Below, piece after piece: positions 15,594 to 28,677 of a stretch of DNA of 64,000 bases; position 1 is the stretch's first letter, and every line of letters begins with the position of its first letter. The position numbers were made by a program, and so were the translations under genes. The notes under the pieces are model-generated. The model was not told the DNA's origin and made no database searches. It was given only the letters and a program-made list of their open reading frames with translations. Source of the stretch: Leucoraja ocellata (taxonomy: Eukaryota); the NCBI GenBank assembly GCA_036785375.1, contig JAWMAR010000603.1, positions 806,001 to 870,000 of the forward strand, given 5' to 3'.

Positions 15594-16656
15594 GTAAGTA
15601 TCCTACTATACTATAACAATATGTTTTCCTTCACTATTGGAAAGAATATTGTGTGTGCAACTGTCATCTTCCACTGTTTCAGTTGAAAGTGGCAGTCCTA
15701 TCTTTATATCCACCAATAGCAAAACCTCACCCACACTTGAATTTACAGACAAATCTGGAGAACTTGTTCTTCAGTCCAACGTTAAGTCCTGCACTCGTGT
15801 TAACCATTCTAAACTGCTTTCATACAGCTGCAGAATGTCCTTAAATGTTAGATTAAGTCATGCTTAATCACTTATAATATTATAATATATTATAATACAT
15901 CTGTGTGCTCAGGTATTCCTGTACGTTATACTTTTTAGTGGTCTTACTGTTGTTAGTATGGTGAATACTTCATTATACATAGTTCTGGAATGTGCCCTTC
16001 ACTCCAGGATGTTTATGCTTTTGATGCCAATTTAAACTGTACATCTGTCTGTACATGGTCTATATCCTTCCATTGTCTGACCGTGCCTTTTAAAATGCCT
16101 CTTAAACACTTTTATGTATCTGCTTCAACCATCTCCTCAGCAGTGCATTCCAGTCTCTTCCCATTCTCTGTGTAAATAAACTTACCTTGCAAATGTCTTT
16201 AAGCTTCCCTTTCCTCCCTCTAGTATTTGATATTTCTATCCTGGGGAGGTGGGGGGAGGGGGGGGGGGGGGGGGGAGGGACAATCCCATCTCTGCTTCCT
16301 AGAATTTTAAATGCTTTACAGCCTTTTATTTAATCTTTGAAAGTCAATCTGTAATAGCTCTTTCTGTTTGACTCCCACAAATTTATATTTGCCCACTTTA
16401 TCAGATAGCTTGCTGATGCCATCTGAAAACACATTAACATCGTCCATTTGTATATTTCTCTTCACTGCCTTTCAACCTCTTTTTTTAAGTTACACATTTA
16501 TTATATGAGGAGAATTTTCTTTCCGTAAATATTCTGAAGTTAAAGCATTGCTTTGAATATGTCCACTTTGTTTCATGGCTTATCAGCTTCATCCCTCCCT
16601 TGGATAACTATCTCAGATTGTCCAAGATTGTTGATAAACGATGTTAAACACTGACA

Positions 16657-17466
16657 TGTTTAAGAAAGAACTGCAGATGCTGAAAAAAATCGAAGGTAGA
16701 CCGAAATGTTGGCCATGGAGGAGGCCCAGGACAGAAAGGTCGGATTCGGAATGGGAGGGGGAGTTGAAGTGCTGAGCCACCGGGAGATCAGGTTGGTTAT
16801 TGCGAACTGAGCGGAGGTGTTGGGCGAAGCGATCGGCAAGCGACAAGTGTAGCATTGCAACCGCAGGAAATGCTACACTTGTCGCTTTACCGCCCCCTCG
16901 ACTCCATCCAAGGACCCAAGCAATCTTTTCAGGTGAGGCAGAAGTTCACCTGCACCTTCTCCAACCTCATCTATTGCATCCGCTGTTCCAGGTGACAACT
17001 GCTCTACATTGGTGAGACCAAGCGCAGGCTTGGAGATCGCTTCGCCTAATACCTTCGCTCAGTTCGCAATAACTAACCTGACCTCCCGGTGGCTCAGCAC
17101 TTCAACTCCCCTTCCCATTCCGAATCAGACCTTTCTATCCGGGGCCTGCTCCATGGCCAGAGTGAGTCCCACTGCAAATTGGAGGAGCAGCACCTCATAT
17201 TTTGCTTGGGTAGTTTACACCCCAGCGGTATGAACATTGACTTCTCCAATTTCAGGTAGTCCTTGCTTTCTCCCTCATTCCCCTCCCCTTCCCAGCTCTC
17301 CCACCTGTCTTACTTTCTCTGTCTACATTCTACCTTTTTCCCGCGTCCCCCCCACCCCCCCCCCCACATCAGTCTGAAGAAGGGACTCGACCCGAAACGT
17401 CGCCTATTCCCTCACTCCATAGATGCTGCCTCACACGCTGAGTTTCTCCAGCATTTTTGTCTACCT
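16657..17466 (+). mobile_element. Penelope-like element 3' fragment (GIY-YIG endonuclease plus hammerhead-bearing terminal repeat) with an inverted 5' arm
   Basis: + arm encodes CNRRKCYTC and NLIYCIRC...YIGETKRRLGDRF..HFNS..LEEQHLIF.LGSLHP.GMN (GIY-YIG); 16712-16835 is an inverted copy of ~17034-17157. Confidence 0.88.
17374..17401 (+). ncRNA. Minimal type-I hammerhead ribozyme motif
   Basis: CTGAAGA-A-GGGactcgaCCC-GAAA-CGTC downstream of the GIY-YIG remnant. Confidence 0.65.
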
Positions 17467-18019
17467 TTAAACCCTGACATGTTCATCCAAGCACATAAAT
17501 ATTCTATTACCAAGAATAAATACTTGCACTTCTATAATGAAGGAGCACATACTGCAAATAGTGTGAGTTTGCATAGCTTTGATTGCCAAGGGATTTGGCT
17601 GTCCTATGGTGTGATTTGCACACAGCTGGTATGCTGGTACAGGAAGCAAACAATATTATAGTTCATTGCCGGTATAATTTAATACAAAATAAGGAGATGG
17701 TTCTTATGTTGTATAGGGTTTTGGTAAAGTCACATCTGTAGGACCGTGTACAATATGGAACTCCTTAATGAGAGACAGGTGTAAATGCATTGAAGTAATT
17801 CAGGGCAGATTTACTGGACCCATTCCTGGAACAAATAGGTTGAACTATAAGGAAAGGTTGGATAAGATGGGCATTTTCCAGGAAAAATATAGATGTGAGA
17901 AAGAATTTGATTGAAGGCGCAAGATACTGAGAAATCTTGACAGAGTGGATATAAAGATAATATTTCTTCCTGTGGAAGAATCGAGTAGAGGTAATTGTCT
18001 TGAAACAGCATATTGACTG

Positions 18020-18560
18020 GCAGCATGGCCTGGTTCAGCAACTCGAATGACCAGGAATGTAAGAAGATTACTAAATGTAGTGGACGTCACTTGGTCCTTC
18101 ATGGGTGCTGACTTCTCCACCATCGAAGGGATCTGTACAAGGCAGTGCTTCAGAAAGGCAGCAAGCATCGTCAAGGGCCCTCCCCACTGTGGCCATGCTC
18201 TCATTTCATTCCTGACTGAAATGAGAGCATGACCAGGGTGTGAAGTGCCCTTGATGATGCTAGCCGCTTTACTGAAGCATCTTTCAGAAGGCAGGAGTGA
18301 AATGCCTGAGAACTATCACGTCCAGGCTCGGGACCACCTTCGTCGCAACAACCATCAGTCTCTTGAACACTATGAACACCAACTAAACTACAAACTGGCA
18401 TTGCAGTTTTGTATGGCATCAAAATTATTAATTTTTAATTTATTGAACTTTTATTGTTTATTGTGTTACCTATGAATACTGTGATTACAGACCTGTTATA
18501 CTGTTGCAAGCAACAATTTCATTGTTCCATTGTCAGTACATGTGACAGTTAAACACCAGT
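18020..18560 (+). mobile_element. Degenerate Rex1/Babar-like LINE 3' end
   Basis: AWFSNS...RRLLNVV...STIEGICTRQCFRKAASIVKGPPHCGHAL similarity to the Rex1/Babar ORF C-terminus. Confidence 0.7.
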
Positions 18561-18649
18561 TGCAACCAATTTCACAGTGCAGACAGCAAATATTCAGGAA
18601 ATGTACATGCTTAAAGTTTCCTGCACAATAATAAATGGCAGTATTTGAC

Positions 18650-19010
18650 CATAGAAACATAGAAAATAGGTGCAGAAGTAGGTCATTCGGCCCTTCGAGC
18701 CTGCACCGCCATTCAATATGATCATGGCTGATCATCCAACTCAGTATCCTGTACCTGCCTTCTCTTCATACCCCCTGATCCCTTTAGCCACACGGGCCAC
18801 ATCTAACTCCCTCTTAAATATAGTCAATGAACTGGCCTCAACTACCTTCTGTGGCAGAGAATTCCAGAGATTCACCACTCTCTGTGTGAAAAATGTTTTC
18901 CTCATATCAGTCCTAAAAGATTTCCCCCTTATCCTTAAACTGTGACCCCTTGTTCTGGACTTCCCCAACATCGGGAACAATCTTCCTGCATCTAGCCTGT
19001 CCAACCCCTT
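18650..19010 (-). mobile_element. CR1/HER1-like LINE 3' end, near-identical to 6724-7089
   Basis: ORF 18741..19004 DRLDAGRLFPMLGKSRTRGHSLRIRG; (CATAGAAA)n tail on +. Confidence 0.92.
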
Positions 19011-19982
19011 GACCTTGGGACATTATTAAAGAAACCTTTGAGTTACGACGTGTTTTGTAATGAGGTCCATATCTGCATTGGAATGTACTTCTTGACATAT
19101 AACCTCAAACTTCCAGTAGCTTGTTAAGTGGCCAGGCGTGACTACTTGTCTCCCCTTCTGTTATCATTTCCTTGGGAACCTGATGGTGACACTCCTTTGT
19201 AAAATAAACAGTTACCCCCCCCCCCCCCCCCCCCCCCCAAACTCTTGTTTCAAAGGATTTCAAAATATGAAATTATTTCTAACCCTTCTATGCTATTTAT
19301 CTTAAATCTAGATTGATATACTGTCTGTTATTTGTTTAGGGAATGAGTAAGACGACTTTGCACTTAATGTCAATTTGAGTCGGATTAACAGCTGGGTTAC
19401 CTTTTTGTTATTTCTTGTCCCAAGTTGTCATATACTATCGTTCTTTAATTTCCCAAAAGATTTTACAGAGCTGATGTGAAATTGCTCGGCTAACTACCTG
19501 CCGTTGGCTGGTATTGTCCTGCTTGCATTTCTAAGAAAATCTGAAAATCTAGTGATTGAACTTGGATGTATGTGTACTGAAAGAAAATAGTGATTTATCA
19601 TTTGCTTGTTTATGCATTAAGGTAAATGTACTTTCCTCAGTATTTTGTGCAGCAAACTTCTGTGGTCTCTATAATATAACACCTGGAATTGGGTATATCT
19701 GTCCCAAAGTCAAATGAAAGTTGCACTTTTTGAGGGAATGCATTTTCATAAATTGATCTGTTTGCATTTAATTATTTGTGTTGCTGCTCCAATCTTGACC
19801 TCAATGTTATTTTTATTTTAAGTTGCATAGGTAGTTGAATTTCTCTTACTGAAACCTCAAATGGTTTTTGTGATTAAAAGATGAGATTATCACGCAGAGA
19901 TATTCCTTATTTTTGGAGTGAATGTTTTATTTTCCACTGTTAATAATTAGAGACTAATTTTTGATTATCTTGTTTTTCTTAG

Positions 19983-20190
19983 TCTGAAGGATCAGACTGT
20001 GCAGGGCACTTGCAGAGTATTGATGAAGAGGTCAGATCTGCAGCTTGCAGTCTGGTGTGTGAGTGGGCCCAGAAGGTATTAATTCGCAAGTTTGATTCGG
20101 TGGTCGATCTCGCACGCTTCCTTGTAACCAGTCACTATATTGTCACTAAATCCGTCGCTGCGTTGTCCATGATGACTGGTGATCCTTCAG
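19983..20190 (+). CDS. RFX7: RFX7 coding exon ([33 protein letters not shown]...MMTGDPS)
   Basis: ttcttag| acceptor, |gtgagc donor, 208 nt; [10 protein letters not shown] motif of RFX5/RFX7; overlaps ORF 20010..20327. Confidence 0.95.
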
Positions 20191-20415
20191 GTGAGCGATT
20201 GAGTGTATGGAATATCTCCCCATTAAATATTTTAAGACTACTTTGCTGCTGCTTAATATACAACATTTTTATGATGGTAAAGGAAACAAGTTGCCAAGTA
20301 CAGTATTGCTTGCATTATTGGTTATGAAGTTCAACTACATACTGTAGTTACGTGAGGGGAGTTGCTCCTTCCCTTTCCTGATACGTGCATGATGTTGCAA
20401 CTTTTATGTCGTCAC

Positions 20416-21535
20416 AATGAACTGCAGATGCTGGTTTACATAAAAAGACACAAAGTATTGGAGTAACTCAACGGGTCAGGTAGCATCTCTGGAGAACATG
20501 GATAGGTGACATTTGGGGCTGGGACCCTCCTCCAGACAGATTGTGGTGGTGGGGAAGGAAGCTGAAAGACAGGAGGGACAGGACACTGCCAGGTGTGTGA
20601 TAGGTGGATACAGGTGAGGTGAGCTTTGATAGGCAGATGTTCAGAAAGCCAGAAAAGTGAGAGTTAAGGTTAGAAGAGTTGTAATTTGTGAAGCCAGAGG
20701 AATATAGGTGGAAGGGGAGGGGCAATGGGCTGTGGCAATGGAGGAGGCCCTCAACAGAAAGATCAGTAAGGGGATTTAAAATGGTTAGCAACCGGGAGAT
20801 CCAGTCGGCTTTGCCGGACCCAGCGCAGGTGTTCAATGAAACGGTCGCCGAGTCTATGCTAGGTCTCGCCAATTTAAAAGAATACAGTAGTTGACGTTAG
20901 AGGAGGTGTACGTGAACCTCTGTTTCATCTGGAAGGACTGCTGGAGTCCCTGGATGTATGTGAGGGAGGAGGTATATGGACTGGTGTTACACCTGTGGTT
21001 TCAGGGGATAGTACATGGGGGAAGGGGTTGTTTGGGTGGGAAAGGATGAACGAACTAAGGAGTTGCAGAGGGAGTGGTCTCTGGAATGCAGAAGGGAACG
21101 AATGGAAGATATGACTGGTGGTGGGGTCACATTGAAAGTTGTGGAAACGTCAAAGAATGATGTGTTGGATGCGAAGGCTGCTGGGGGTGAAAGGTGAGGG
21201 CCTGGAGAACTATCATTGTTCTGTCTGCGGGGAGGTGTGAGAACAGGACTCACTGGGACATATAGGAGGTGTCCATTTATGAGGGGGAAGAGGGGAAAGC
21301 ATGATTACTAGGGAAAGAGAGTATTATGGATGTCCTACAATGGAAAAGCTCATCTTGGGAGATGATGCGATGGAGAAACTAAGAGTTGGGGATTCCGTCT
21401 TTGCAAGAGACAGGGTGGGAGGAGGTGTATTCCAGATAACTGGGAGTCAGTGGGTTTGGAGTCGACTTCAGTCAATAGCCTGTTCCCCATGATGGAGACA
21501 AAGAGATCAAGAAAGAGGAGAGGCATCGGATGGCA
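20416..21535 (-). mobile_element. Older Penelope-like element fragment (RT C-terminus, GIY-YIG remnant, degenerate hammerhead)
   Basis: LFLDLFVSIMGNRLLTEVDSKPTDS (PLE RT motif FLD....KPT); degenerate hammerhead at ~20508-20535; same tail as the other PLE copies. Confidence 0.75.
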
Positions 21536-22984
21536 GATATTCTGTTCGGTGAAGGATTTGTGTGCGCAACTTAGTTTAAACATAGTTGAAGGCAAATTGG
21601 TTTGTCAGATCCACACTAGATCTTGCACTGAGTAAAGTCATCAAACTAATTCCTGCTCTTTGTTTCTCTGAAGTTCAACAATTTAACACACATGCCCATC
21701 AACTTCCCTTCTATTTTCTTTTTTACCCACATTAAACTTGTCCCATTAGCCTGCATTTGGCCAATATCCCTCTAAACCTATCCAATCCATTTATCCTTCC
21801 CTGTAAATTACAATTCATTATGAATATGCAGTATAACACATCATTCAAAAATGATATGCTCGGATATATTAAAAGAAAGCCATTTCAATAAACTATCAAA
21901 TTCCAACAACTATCAGTAAAAATTATATTTACTGATAATTTAAAACTTGTATGAATGCAGTTATCCAGCGATCCAGAGACATGGGTTTGATTCTGACCTG
22001 CTGTGTTACTTAATGGAGTTTTCATGCTCTCCCTGTGCCCATGTGTGCTTCTCCCTCAGGTGCTCAATTTGTTCTGACATCCTAAAGACATGCTGACTGT
22101 CAGGTGAATTGTCTACTATACGACTGGGCGATAGAAGTATTGGGAAGTTGATGAGCATGTATATGAGAATGGGTTACAGGGGGGAAATGTAGAGGACTTG
22201 ACAATGGTTTCATGGCTTTTAATTGTATTTTATCTTGTCAATTAAAAAACAAAATTGTTGGCAAGATTCCGCAATGAGAAAGGGGTAATGAGATTTTATT
22301 GATTATGTTGCATTGTTAAACCCATGCAGGCAAGAATGCTGCCTAGGGACTATACAGTATCTTGATATTTTTTATGTTGACTTGCTGTAAAAGCTGGACA
22401 GTTCTACATTGCTGGCACTGATATTATTGATCAGCAACAGACAAGTTTTTATTTATTATGTCGTAACAAAAGAACCTGAAGAACCACATATTACCTAACT
22501 GCTTTGCTTTTAATATCATATGTAAGAAATAACTAGCAACTGCAAAAGGCAAAAATAGTTGTGCCCAGGTTCCTGGATGAATTATGAAATATAACTATCG
22601 AAATCTTATGCTTTTATTTCGTGACTAATTGCTTATAAAAATGATTAGATTTATGTCTTTCTCTAGGGAGTTGGTGTTTCAACTATTGCAGAAACGATTG
22701 GAAATGCACCAGAGTTTAATGTGCTCAAAGAAATACAGAGCATTATGGAAACAGAATAGTTGTTTTCAACAATGATTATATCATGTTTCCATTTTTATCA
22801 GAGATCCAAAAAATGTACTGAAAGCACGGGTGGTGAAATGGTTATCATGAAAAATATAGTAATAAGCAGCTAACAAAATCAGAAGCTGCAGGTTTCAGAG
22901 CTAAATATCCTCATGATTTTGATGCTGACTTATCGAGTGTTCATAGTTTTGCGTGTTCACAGTTTATAATTTCCTTTGTTGCAG

Positions 22985-23289
22985 GAGGGAAGCAACCTTC
23001 TGCGTTTGTGCCTATGGCTGAAAGCAACTCTTTTCAGCCCCAAGTGAAGACTTTGCTTTCGCCATCAATAGATGCCAAACAACAATTACAGCGCAAAATT
23101 CAACAAAATACACTGAAGAAACAACAAGAACAGAAACTTCAATCTCCACTTCCAGGCGAGCAACAAGGGAAGAAGATAGAGGGCCCCACTGTTGGAGGAG
23201 TAACTAACATTCCCAATGGAAGCCCTGCTTTGCTTTCTCCACAGCCCACAATTGGCATAGTAGTGGCAACTGTTCCCAGCCCTATCCAG
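22985..23289 (+). CDS. RFX7: RFX7 coding exon ([22 protein letters not shown]...VPSPIQ)
   Basis: ttgcag| acceptor, |gtaggt donor, 305 nt, phase consistent with neighbours; [11 protein letters not shown]...[12 protein letters not shown] motif. Confidence 0.94.
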
Positions 23290-25102
23290 GTAGGTTATTT
23301 GTGATTCAGTGTTAAGATTGACAATCAAAGTGAAGACTGTTGGAGAGGGTGGTGTGGAGTGAGGGGAGGTGGCAGGATTTAAAAATCTAATGAATAAAAT
23401 CACATAATTTTTCAATTGTAAAGTCACATAACGTAGTTACATGGTACCAGGTGGTTTAATTGCTTTGGTGCTGCACATCCAGTTTCAGGGTAATGGTTCA
23501 GTTAAAATTTCTTGTGCTGATTTGGCGATGCATGGTCTGATACTATTATTTACTTGGCCACTTTTCCCAGTGTTGTTACTTGTCAGCACTATGTATTTTT
23601 CCAAAGGTCAAGCATTAAAAAAAAAGCTCTGCTTCTGAAACACATCTTTAATGCATTTTCCCAATCCATATCCATCCTCTCTTCATTTTTAAGTAATTAC
23701 CTTTATTTTTGTTTAAGATCCTATTCTCACACGGGTTTGCCACTCCAAACTAGATGTGAAAGTCCATCATGCTATGATCACTTCTTTCAAAGAATTCTTG
23801 CCATGAGAACACCAATTTAATCCTGTCTTTTGCCTGGTTCGCAAGGAGCTGCCCTATGAAATGGTTCAGCATGCATTCTATGAATCTATCCATAAGACTG
23901 CCTTTATGAGGTTGATTTGCCCAATCAATATGAAATTCAAGTTGCCCATGATTTTGTTCACTGCCTTACTGTGCCTTTGTCACAAGCCCCCTTTATTTTG
24001 TGATCAATACCATGTACAGCAATGTAGTCATTATGTGGAGACACACTGATTTCATTCTTTCTTATCCTGGGCCAGGCTGGCTCTATTTGCTGATTTTTGA
24101 GGCCTGAATATCATTCACAGCATTCATTTTACTCCTCTTTCTGAAATGCCAAATACCCAAGTATAGTCAATTCCCAGCAAGAGAAAATAAAAAAAACTGC
24201 AGATGCTGGAATTATGAAATTAAAGCAGAAAATGCTGTCAAAAGTCAAGTAGAAAAATATTTCCACCACTTTCTGTTTTTTATTTATTTCACAGCTTTGA
24301 TCACCTTGCATATACATCACTAATGAAATTGTGCCCATTTATGTCTCTGGGCAATGAGTTCATCAGACATGCGTTGAGATTCCAAACCTTTGGCTTCAAT
24401 ATATAATGATTTTTTTAAAATTAACTACGGAAGCTAAATATTTAGCGTCACATTTAGCACTTTTTGTGCTGCATGTTTGACCATATTTTTGTCTGGATTC
24501 TCTCTCCTGCTGCTTATCATTAATTGTATTAACTTGTCCTTTTTCTTTAACTAATTCAATTAACACCATCCACTCCCCAACTTCCACCTCATTATTCATC
24601 TTAAACCCTAACCGTCCTAGTTACTTACTTTTCCAGGGAACTTTTCTCTGGATCATGGCTGATCTACCTTCCCCTCATAACCCCATTCTCCTGCCTTCTC
24701 CCCATAACTTGTACTAATCAAGAATCTAACTCGCTGCCGTAAAAATATAGTACAATGCAGTTCTACCTAAAGTTGTATAGATCAATGTCAATTTGAATGT
24801 TTCATTTTCATTGCAACGTGATCAGCAAAACTACTAATAGTGAATGCTTTTAGTGCACATGATTTTCTTAGGACACTTTCAATAATTAACAGTGCAATTG
24901 CTTTAATTTTGAAACTAGTTGTGAAGGAAGTAAAATACTTTTATGCTTGGATGCATTGGTTGGATATTTTTCTTATCATAGCTTTGCAAAAAAAACATAG
25001 AAAATTGTTGACCATTTAATGTGTGCAAGGAAAAGCATTTCCTCTACTTTGAGTTCATTTATTAAACTTAGTTCTTATGTAACTGTTATGGTGTTTTTTT
25101 AG

Positions 25103-28100
25103 ATGCAAAGAAGCAGGCAGATGATGACGTCACCAAGTCCATTGGGTCCATCAGAAAGCAAGGTCCTTCCTTTGAATGTTCAGGTTGTGGCTCAACATAT
25201 GCAGTCAGTCAAACAGCAGCAGAAGACTATCCAGAATATTCCTGCAAGTCCACATAATGACCGCTCAAGGCCACGTTATCATCAAATCTTGCCTAAACCA
25301 CCTTCAACCAACACACTTACTCTTACCTCTCCAACAAGGGTACTTTTGGCCAGTAGCAGTCCAATTAAAACTGTTGTTTCTGGAGCATCCCATCCAAGCT
25401 CTTTGAATATGGTGAAGATGACTACAATATCTCTTCCACCCAGTACAGGTGCATCTCCTAAACCTACATCCACAGCGAGTAACAGTGGTGGAGTAACAGA
25501 AAAAACAAAATCTACGTCAACTGTGAAAGTTGGCGCAACTTCTCTTTCTGCTGCTGGGTCCAGATCAAGTAGTGCCACAACTACACCTACTGCGGAGGTC
25601 ATCAAATACGAACAGGAAGCGATATCAAATGATGAAAAGCAGATTCAGTGCCAAGATCATTCAAGAAACCTGAATGATCCCAGAAGAGCTTCTGGTTCTC
25701 CGTCCGGACAGAGAGGTAATAGTGAAAGTACCACAAAAGTGAAGACGCCAAATGGGAGAATATCTACTGAGAAGGCAGCTAAAGTCTGTAATGGTCAGAA
25801 AACTGAAGGAAAACGGTCAAAAAATGATGGCAAGTTTTTACACAATGAAAATCTGGCCATTTCATTGTCTGGAAATAATCAAAATTCTCTTGTTGTTTCC
25901 TCTGCTTTAATGATGAGCACCAGCATTAGTTCAAAATCCAATGCCGATACTGCCAGATTTCATAAAGATAATGGGATGTGCCCAAAAAGCCCAAGGAAAC
26001 GGTCTCCCTCAAATTCGTTATCTGAGCCACTGGTGCCACCTGTGAAGAAAGCTCTGGTTTTGGAACCCATTTTCGATAGTGCAGAACATCAGATCAGTCC
26101 TGGAACTGCAGTAGTGACACCTCCGAAGCTCTCTGCAGGTGTACTGGTAAAAAATGAGAAAACCCCAACATCTCAGGTTCATACACCTAGTAAAATTACT
26201 GTTAAACTAAATACAACAGGTATAACTCGTATATTAGCCAACCCTTCATCCGATATCCAAGTGGTCACCTTGGGTTGTGTTCAGACGGATACAGAACAAA
26301 TGTCTATCTTTCAGGAAAACGAGACCGCAGACTTGGAAAGGGGCTTATTTTCTGTGCAGGGACACAACACAAGTACAAAGCTGTTTGCCGATCATACTGA
26401 TATCCAGCATATCAAAAGGAAACACCAATGTTTTTTTATGAATACAGAAAGGCAGGCAGCTGTAAATGCTAATACAATAGGGAATTCAGGGACCATTGAT
26501 TTTCGAGAATCTGCATGGGAGCCAGCACAATGTAATGGGTTGGATCAGCAGCCTTATGATCAACAGTTGCATGCTCAAAATCAGATGCAAGTTTCTAATT
26601 CGGTTCAGCTGCAAGGACACCATCAAGTGCAGTTGTCACACCCGTTACCTCTGCAGGATAATTTGATGGATCTCACTGCTCCAAGTTCACAACCCAGTGA
26701 CAACTACTTTCAATTTGACGATGATCTTACACAGGACAGTATTGTAGAAGAACTTGTGTTATTTGAAGAGCAAATGTCCTTGAATGTTGATTATGAATCT
26801 GCGTTGGGAATACCTGCTCATAGTCATTCTGCAGGAAGTCAGAATACACTGTTATCTCATCAAATGGGGCAATTCTATCATCCCATCCATAGCAGTGGCA
26901 CTCCAACCCCAACGCCAACACCAACTCTGACACCCAATCCGACACCTACATCAGAAATGATTGGCTCCCAAACATGTTCCAGTCCTAGCTCCAGAATGGC
27001 ACAATCCACACCTGTTGACAGTGCTCTCGGTAGTAGCAGGCATACGCCAATTGGTACACCTCATTCAAACTGCAGCAGTAGTGTACCTCCGAGCCCTGTT
27101 GAGTGCCGGAACCCTTTTGCTTTTACTCCCATAAGCTCCAGCCTGGCCTACCAGGATGCTAGTGTAATTTCCAGTAGTCCTGTTAAACCGATGCAACGGC
27201 CCATGGCTACTCATCCAGACAAAACAAAAATTGAATGGATGAATAATGGATACAACACTGGAATGAGCAATCCAGCAATGTTGACCAGTGGTGTTGGTAT
27301 TCTTCCTAGTTACCAGAAACTTACAGAGGATCACTTTAGAAAACCACATGCCTTTGCAGTTCCTGGACAGACAATGCAATCATATCATAATACTGTGCAG
27401 TTACAGTCCAGACATCATGATGCTCAAATGGGCCGTGTTACTCCTGTTTCACCTATACCACACCAGGCAGCTTCAATGGCTAATGGCAATAAGCAGGAGG
27501 GCTTTGCAGTGCCAGCGCCTCTTGACAACAAAGGAATACATTCACTGATCAATAATTTTAGGTGCCGCAGTGTCAGTCCTGCTGTTCGTCAACGTAATCT
27601 TAGCGGAAGCACAGTTGGTCCAGTGATTAATCTGCCGAGAACAAGTTTGGCAACTTTTGGAAGCCCAATGACACCCGAGGTTCACAACACATTTGTTAAC
27701 AATATTTCTGATAATAGTGCCAACAGCATAGCTCAAAGAAGCCAATCTGTCCCTTTGTCTGTTATGATGCAGAATACTTTTCCATCTTACCAGAAGCCAA
27801 CTAACACGAAAAAGATAACAAATGTGTTGTTAAGTAAACTTGATTCTGAAGGTGACGATGCAATGAGAGGCTTAGGAATAAATAATTTGCCCTCCAATTA
27901 TACAGCACGAATGAATCTTACTCAGATATTAGAGACAACATCTAATTTTGCCAACCAGCAACCAATGATTAATCCAGGCTCTTCTGTCTTTGAATTCCAA
28001 AAGCCCAGTTATGTAACAAAACACATCAATAATGATCAGATGGGTTATATTTCTGAGGATAATCAAGCACAAACAGAAGCCAGAGTGCAATCATTGGATT

Positions 28101-28426
28101 TCAACAATACAGTCAAAGACTTTCTGGCTGAAGAGAGCCTACAGTCTAACCAGCAAGTGGTTGGTCAAGTATCATCAGATCTAAATGTTGCCTCTGATTT
28201 CTCCAGTGATCTCAGGTTACCTACTGAGCTTTCAGGCAGCATAAACGATCTGAGCACTTTAGACACAAATTTGCTGTTTGACCCTAGTAAACAACAGGGG
28301 CACGATGTTGATACTACACTGGAGGAACTAAATAATGATGCAGTATTTCAGCAAATCTGTAACGAGTCTTCAGGTTTTGACTGGATGGAAAGTAAAGATC
28401 ATCCTACAGTTGAAATGTTGGGTTAA
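25103..28426 (+). CDS. RFX7: RFX7 large terminal coding exon (1107 codons plus stop)
   Basis: tttttag| acceptor directly before the ORF; RFX7 motifs DDDLTQDSIVEELV, PTPTPT repeat, ECRNPFAFTPI, FRKPHAFAVP, C-terminal FDWMESKDHPTVEMLG; TAA at 28424-28426. Confidence 0.97.
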   Translation: MQRSRQMMTSPSPLGPSESKVLPLNVQVVAQHMQSVKQQQKTIQNIPASPHNDRSRPRYHQILPKPPSTNTLTLTSPTRVLLASSSPIKTVVSGASHPSSLNMVKMTTISLPPSTGASPKPTSTASNSGGVTEKTKSTSTVKVGATSLSAAGSRSSSATTTPTAEVIKYEQEAISNDEKQIQCQDHSRNLNDPRRASGSPSGQRGNSESTTKVKTPNGRISTEKAAKVCNGQKTEGKRSKNDGKFLHNENLAISLSGNNQNSLVVSSALMMSTSISSKSNADTARFHKDNGMCPKSPRKRSPSNSLSEPLVPPVKKALVLEPIFDSAEHQISPGTAVVTPPKLSAGVLVKNEKTPTSQVHTPSKITVKLNTTGITRILANPSSDIQVVTLGCVQTDTEQMSIFQENETADLERGLFSVQGHNTSTKLFADHTDIQHIKRKHQCFFMNTERQAAVNANTIGNSGTIDFRESAWEPAQCNGLDQQPYDQQLHAQNQMQVSNSVQLQGHHQVQLSHPLPLQDNLMDLTAPSSQPSDNYFQFDDDLTQDSIVEELVLFEEQMSLNVDYESALGIPAHSHSAGSQNTLLSHQMGQFYHPIHSSGTPTPTPTPTLTPNPTPTSEMIGSQTCSSPSSRMAQSTPVDSALGSSRHTPIGTPHSNCSSSVPPSPVECRNPFAFTPISSSLAYQDASVISSSPVKPMQRPMATHPDKTKIEWMNNGYNTGMSNPAMLTSGVGILPSYQKLTEDHFRKPHAFAVPGQTMQSYHNTVQLQSRHHDAQMGRVTPVSPIPHQAASMANGNKQEGFAVPAPLDNKGIHSLINNFRCRSVSPAVRQRNLSGSTVGPVINLPRTSLATFGSPMTPEVHNTFVNNISDNSANSIAQRSQSVPLSVMMQNTFPSYQKPTNTKKITNVLLSKLDSEGDDAMRGLGINNLPSNYTARMNLTQILETTSNFANQQPMINPGSSVFEFQKPSYVTKHINNDQMGYISEDNQAQTEARVQSLDFNNTVKDFLAEESLQSNQQVVGQVSSDLNVASDFSSDLRLPTELSGSINDLSTLDTNLLFDPSKQQGHDVDTTLEELNNDAVFQQICNESSGFDWMESKDHPTVEMLG

Positions 28427-28677
28427 ATCAAAGAGTACTGTTAAATATATAGCACACATTTCATTTTCTGATTCATAATATTTGACCTAATAGATGTGCC
28501 TGCCTTCAGAAAAAATTTGTTCATAAACAAGTGTATTCCAGGAGAAAAAACATAACTGTTCTCCATACATATGTTCTATTAATCGTGTGTCCATAATTTC
28601 ATTTTAGATGCCATCCTGTATGGTTCACTGTAAATACATCTGTGTGGATGTGTGTGTGCCATCCATTTATGGAATTG

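Noticed and set aside
25103-28426. 1107-aa ORF as a stand-alone single-exon gene
   Set aside because: Its ATG lies directly after a splice acceptor and continues in phase from exon 22985-23289; it is the RFX7 terminal exon.
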